A stretch of DNA of 63,619 bases, the filler included, from Lenisia limosa (taxonomy: Eukaryota > Protista > Breviatea): assembly GCA_001655205.1 (NCBI GenBank). It is 12 parts of 12 records of this genome, joined end to end, with 100 filler letters (N's around TTAATTAATTAA, not from the genome) between each part and the next. Parts side by side here need not be neighbours in the genome. Positions count along the whole stretch, not along the records: positions 54,366 to 59,339 come from LPNZ01002370.1; positions 59,440 to 61,255 come from LPNZ01007818.1; positions 61,356 to 63,619 come from LPNZ01010371.1; 9 more parts are not named here. The stretch is one strand, 5' to 3'. This document shows positions 58,647 through 63,619 of this stretch, piece by piece. The notes beneath the pieces are model-generated. The model was not told where the DNA came from and ran no database searches. It worked only from the letters and a program-made list of their open reading frames with translations. Each line of letters begins with the position of its first letter. Within the stretch, counting starts at the first letter, position 1. Position numbers and translations under genes: made by a program.

Positions 58647-59965
58647 TAAATTCCGTCANNNNNNNNNNNNNNNNNNNNNNNNNNNNNNNNNNNNNNNNNN
58701 NNNNNNNNNNNNNNNNNNNNNNNNNNNNNNNNNNNNNNNNNNNNNNNNNNNNNNCAGGTGTACCATCTTCTGTTGTCGTACCCCCGCGTTCTATGCGCTC
58801 CTCCTACTTCGCAAACTGAGGTGTGCCTCTGTCATTATTTCCCGTATTTATTTTATCTGTGTTGGTTGCATGTTAAAAGAAAGAGGGGGGTAAGCATGCA
58901 CATAGATAAAAGGCACACCATTCCAGCACAGATGTTCAAAACATAGTGACCAGCAATGTCTACTAAAAAGTAGCGTAATTGAATATGTTGTGTATGCTAC
59001 TACCTCGTTTTCTTAGCCCAGGGCAACAAATTTGTTGTAACTGATAATTTTCAGTCCTCCAATACCCAAGACCTCTTTTCCCACAAGCAAATGCGATCTC
59101 TTGATCTGGCTGAAACCTTCTCAAGCATCTCCGATGTCAAAACCATTGGTAACGTCCATAGTACAACTTAGGGGTACTAATATTGAGTTTTTTATTGTGT
59201 TTAATTGTATTGGGGGTGGGAGGGTGGGTTATCACATCGCATTTATCTCATAAATTTTCCAATTTTACCGGAGTGATGGGATGTGGTGCTACGGAAGCGA
59301 CTGGCCTGGGCTTGGTTTGTTTTGTTGTTCTCAACCCTCNNNNNNNNNNNNNNNNNNNNNNNNNNNNNNNNNNNNNNNNNNNNTTAATTAATTAANNNNN
59401 NNNNNNNNNNNNNNNNNNNNNNNNNNNNNNNNNNNNNNNCCGGGTAACACAGTGGGAGTGCCAGTTTCGACAAGACTTGTTCGTGACTGGGGAATTTTAT
59501 CGACTGTGGAGGGGTGAAGGAAATTGTTGATAGTAGCGCAAAGGCAATAATTACAAGTTTAAACGATACAGTATTAAAAATGAAAATAAAACAAAGCTCG
59601 AAATCAACTGTTTTGGCTAGAAACCCAGTTGATTGGGAGGGGGGGGGGGGNNNNNNNNNNNNNNNNNNNNNNNNNNNNNNNNNNNNNNNNNNNNNNNNNN
59701 NNNNNNNNNNNNNNNNNNNNNNNNNNNNNNNNNNNNNNNNNNNNNNNNNNNNNNNNNNNNNNNNNNNNNNNNNNNNNNNNNNNNNNNNNNNNNNNNNNNN
59801 NNNNNNNNNNNNNNNNNNNNNNNNNNNNNNNNNNNNNNNGTGGAGCTGCCTCTGATGCTGAAGATGGAAGGGTGTCTGAGGAAGGTGTCCTGTTTTCATA
59901 AGGGCTTTACTTTGGACCGAAAAAAAACTGTATTTCTCAATAAATTCTCGAAAACTATCGATTCA

Positions 59966-60103
59966 CACCACCAATCCATCAGCACCCCATCATTATCAAC
60001 ACCACCATCATCATCACCATCACCATCACCATCATCACCATCATCATCACCACCACCATCATCAGCATTATCATCACCATCATCATCACCACCATCATCA
60101 ACA
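59966..60103. repeat. (CAT/CAC)n trinucleotide microsatellite
   Basis: Visible imperfect CATCACCAT array. Confidence 0.9.
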
Positions 60104-60979
60104 TTGCATACCGATTAGATTCTGTCGATCTTCTACTGGGGGAGGCATATCAAAGCCAATTGAAGGACCAGATCTGCGCACGAGGGGTTTAGTGTAAAAT
60201 GTTTGGAACAAAAATTATGATAATAATAAAAAAACTCCCCCCAAAAACCCAAAACCAAACTGCCTACAAAATATCAGCGGGCTTTTTGTCTCTTTTTTGA
60301 GCCTTTTTTCTCACTAAAAAGGGTCAGGCAAGAGAGTTTTCCAGGAAAACTCAAATTTTCCAAGAGTTTTGGGGTTATATCACAAGTTTAAAGAAGTTTT
60401 CTTCGAAAAAAATAGCTATTTCTTGAAAAAAATTGTTTCATTTCTGAGTAGAGAAAAATACAAACAGTTTCTTGAAAAAGCCCTCCACTCACCGTGTGAT
60501 TTCGAAGCGGACGAAGACATCTGAAGGGTGAGAACTTATAAGTAACACTATTAATTGTNNNNNNNNNNNNNNNNNNNNNNNNNNNNNNNNNNNNNNNNNN
60601 NNNNNNNNNNCAAAAAGTTCCTAACGCCCCATTATGAGAAGATGCCTCCTCCCACCGCGTCTGTGAGAGATCCGACAGGTGTTTCCGCATCAGCAGCCCA
60701 GGGTTGAAGCGGCGTAGAAGCGTCCAGAACATTCTAGAAGGTAAAATCACAACAGTAGAACAATCTAGAAGGTAAAAGCGATAGCCCACCTCTATTTAAA
60801 TTGAGCAATAAAATATTAGTTAAAATTGTACCGCGATAATATTTTTTTACTTATTTTAATTATAATTAATAAAAAAATCACCCCCACCGCATCGTGATTT
60901 TGCTGGGTGAAGTTGTCGTAGGTGCCTTCCATAGCCACTGCCGGGACAACCTATGCGGTAAAATTGTCGATAAATGCTG

Positions 60980-61174
60980 TTACTTTTTGGATCATATGTG
61001 TGAACTATCATTTTCTACGCAGTGATATGGAATCCCATATCCACGTATGATAATTGACCGGCAAGTCTCAATGATACTCTGATGCACTCGGGATGAACCA
61101 TAGTGTTATCTTCGTTCATCATTTCGACTTCAATCATATGACATATCACCAGTGGATATTGGTTAACATATTAT
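60980..61174 (+). repeat. Dispersed repeat family D copy
   Basis: GTGTGAACTATCATTTT..TATGATAATTGACCGGCAAGTCTCAA..CTCGGGATGAACC..GTGTTATCTTCGTTCATCATTTCGACT. Confidence 0.85.
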
Positions 61175-61177
61175 CGC

Positions 61178-61235
61178 TAGGGCTTCATTTTGATCAATAT
61201 TGTACCGTTTTTTGTCGAACCGAAGTGAAGCCCTA
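61178..61235. mobile_element. MITE family A, internally deleted copy
   Basis: TAGGGCTTCATTT...TCGAACCGAAGTGAAGCCCTA. Confidence 0.85.
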
Positions 61236-63619
61236 GCCTCCACCCCCCCCCCCCCNNNNNNNNNNNNNNNNNNNNNNNNNNNNNNNNNNNNNNNNNNNNT
61301 TAATTAATTAANNNNNNNNNNNNNNNNNNNNNNNNNNNNNNNNNNNNNNNNNNNNCCCCCCTTTTTTCATCCCCTCCAGGCAACCCAATGAGGTATGTTA
61401 TAATGACCGATTGTCGCGACGTCCGAGTTGAAAGAGATCCTTTTGATGTGGGAGGTGGAATATGTACTTCATAGACTCTATGTTAAAACTAGTTATAATG
61501 AAAGGTTTTTTCGGAAAGAGAGAAATATTGATCGAGACTCTATTTGGGGTCTAAAGATATTTTGGAGACTAGCAGCGTCTCATATCATTTAATCTTTATG
61601 AAAGAAGAACGGTTCCGCTCTTTTGATCATCAATATCCCTTGCCACTGGTGCATATAAGATAATATCAAACCCCCTTATCACTTGGGGTATTTTTCAGAG
61701 CTCTCCTCACTAATCAGATGATGCGACGACGGAAGGAGAACCTCTTCTTTGGTAGCGAGCCAGTCATGTGGGCGAGGACGGAAATATCATGAATATGTTA
61801 AATATGACAGTTATCTTTTCGTTTCCTTGTGGGGTTCTGGGCCACTTGCACTAATGTTGATTACAGTTGTCATACTAATTTTTGCAAAAGTGGACTATTT
61901 ACACGGTCTCATAGTTGTTTTTTCATATCTTTTGTCTCAAGAAAGCTGCCTCTCTAATCTTTTAGGCTTGAGAAGAATGGGTGGATGACAAGTAACATCA
62001 AGATATGTTTCGCTCAAACATGGGATGTAAGCTGTTTACCTGGTGATTCCTTTGGATTTCACTTCTACAATTTCAACTTGTCACACTATACATACATACA
62101 TATATTATATGAAATGGTAAGTATAAATACATGTTTGTACGTACTGTATCATAAAATATGATAGTAGTACTACTAGCAAACTCATATTTGTGATTGGGAG
62201 TATGGTGTGCATGATTCAGTTTGCTCAATGAGATTGTTTTTTTTTTTTTTTACAAAGTCTTCCAAAATAAACCACCTCGAACTTATTATTCTGTATTTGT
62301 CAACCATTCATACTTTCCCCATTTTAACGTCTGTTATTCAACGTTCTTCAGCTATTATATTATTATATCATATGATATACTATATAATATAATATATCTA
62401 GATATATATATCATACATATGATGTTGGTTTAATAATTCCAGGAAATTGGACTGAAGGGACAACTCATTAATGCTGGAATCACTGGAGGATATGTGGGAG
62501 GGTTGTGTTTCATTTATTTGTTAAACGTTGTGTTTTCCAGCAAGGCGCAAAGGATGGCTGACGACTGACATATCCTTAAATATTTTTAACCAGTGATAAA
62601 CGAAGCAAACGACGGATCTTCTGTTTTTCATTGTCTCTCTCTCTCTTTTTTTTTTTGTCTAACTCATTAGATTAACAACTACATCCAGTGGTTGAGAAGC
62701 TTGGGAACTGTGCTCATGACTCTAAAAGTAGCCAGGGACTCGGCTTCTTTTTAGCTTTTTGCTCTCCCGCGTTATTCTTATCATTCACTCTGCCCCCCCC
62801 CCCTCCCCACTATTTTCCTCTTTTCATTTCTTTTTTCAATTATAATCTACCAGAATGTGAACTGCGATATGATGGGAGTGAACTACGTCACTCGTATGAT
62901 GCTGTCTGAAGACCAATATTTCACTGGTTACCCTCTCCATTCAAAGTAGGCAGTTTGATGTGTTTTGTTTGAAATTCAACTGAGGGCAGTGAAAGGGTTT
63001 TCATTCGAATTCTTGGTCTTTATTCTTCATTCCAAACTGTTTGGCATTTGTACGCTGGAGTAACTGGCTACATTTTAGACTCATCAAATTATTATTTCTT
63101 TTCCACCCTTTCTAGGTTCCGTGGCTTTGAGTTTGGGTCAAACGCAGCCTTGATACACAAGTAGACAAGGTAATTTCTTCTCTTTTTTTTTTTTNNNNNN
63201 NNNNNNNNNNNNNNNNNNNNNNNNNNNNNNNNNNNNNNNNNNNNNNNNNNNNNNNNNNNNNNNNNNNNNNNNNNNNNNNNNNNNNNNNNNNNNNNNNNNN
63301 NNNNNNNNNNNNNNNNNNNNNNNNNNNNNNTAAAAACACACGAGGGTTGAGCAACAAAACAAACAAGGTCCAGACCAGTCGCGCAGCACCACATCCCATC
63401 AAGACCCATTTGGATGTGACACTTATTGATGGAGTATTAGTGTAATAGTTTCGTCACATTTTGAATTACCATTTCTATTTGAGAAGAGCAACTCCGATAA
63501 AGCCTAGCCTAACAGATGAGGCTCTCAATGAACTCCGAAGCGAACAGCTCACTCCAGGTTGGAATGGTCCGGCTCCAATCCGACAAGAAAGCCACATGTC
63601 CGCCTTAGGGGGGGGGGGG

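Noticed and set aside
59633-60118. 161-aa Ser/Pro-rich ORF from the ORF track
   Set aside because: It spans an N-gap, a MITE fragment and a (CAT/CAC)n microsatellite

Overview
Eukaryotic, intron-rich draft genomic DNA; the organism cannot be identified from the window and is probably a protist. It is not one continuous molecule: 11 artificial 100-nt joins (44 N + TTAATTAATTAA + 44 N) link 12 contigs, and there are many other N-gaps. The supplied ORF track is therefore mostly uninformative, and I assembled genes by hand from GT-AG exons. Best-supported genes: (1) a 10-exon ankyrin-only gene (12322-15629, -) in which each of 8 repeats is one phase-0 exon (7 x 99 nt, 1 x 96 nt); (2) an ~11 kb HELZ/MOV10-type Upf1-like SF1 RNA helicase gene with an N-terminal CCCH-like finger (16231-27469, -); (3) a PPP-family phosphatase-like gene with degenerate catalytic motifs (47832-49722, +); (4) a Shisa-like single-pass membrane protein with a PPAY motif (229-846, -). 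There is also a small ankyrin gene, a long Pro/Gln-rich gene and several decayed intron-containing relics. The repeat content is dense: two hAT-type MITE families (TAGGGCT termini, 8-bp TSDs, about 25 copies), a third TIR family, two unclassified dispersed repeats (one repeatedly at intron 3' ends), a pogo/Fot1-like transposase fragment, a 28S rRNA fragment and several minisatellites. There is no CRISPR array or prokaryotic system. All homology calls come from motif recognition by eye, not database searches.
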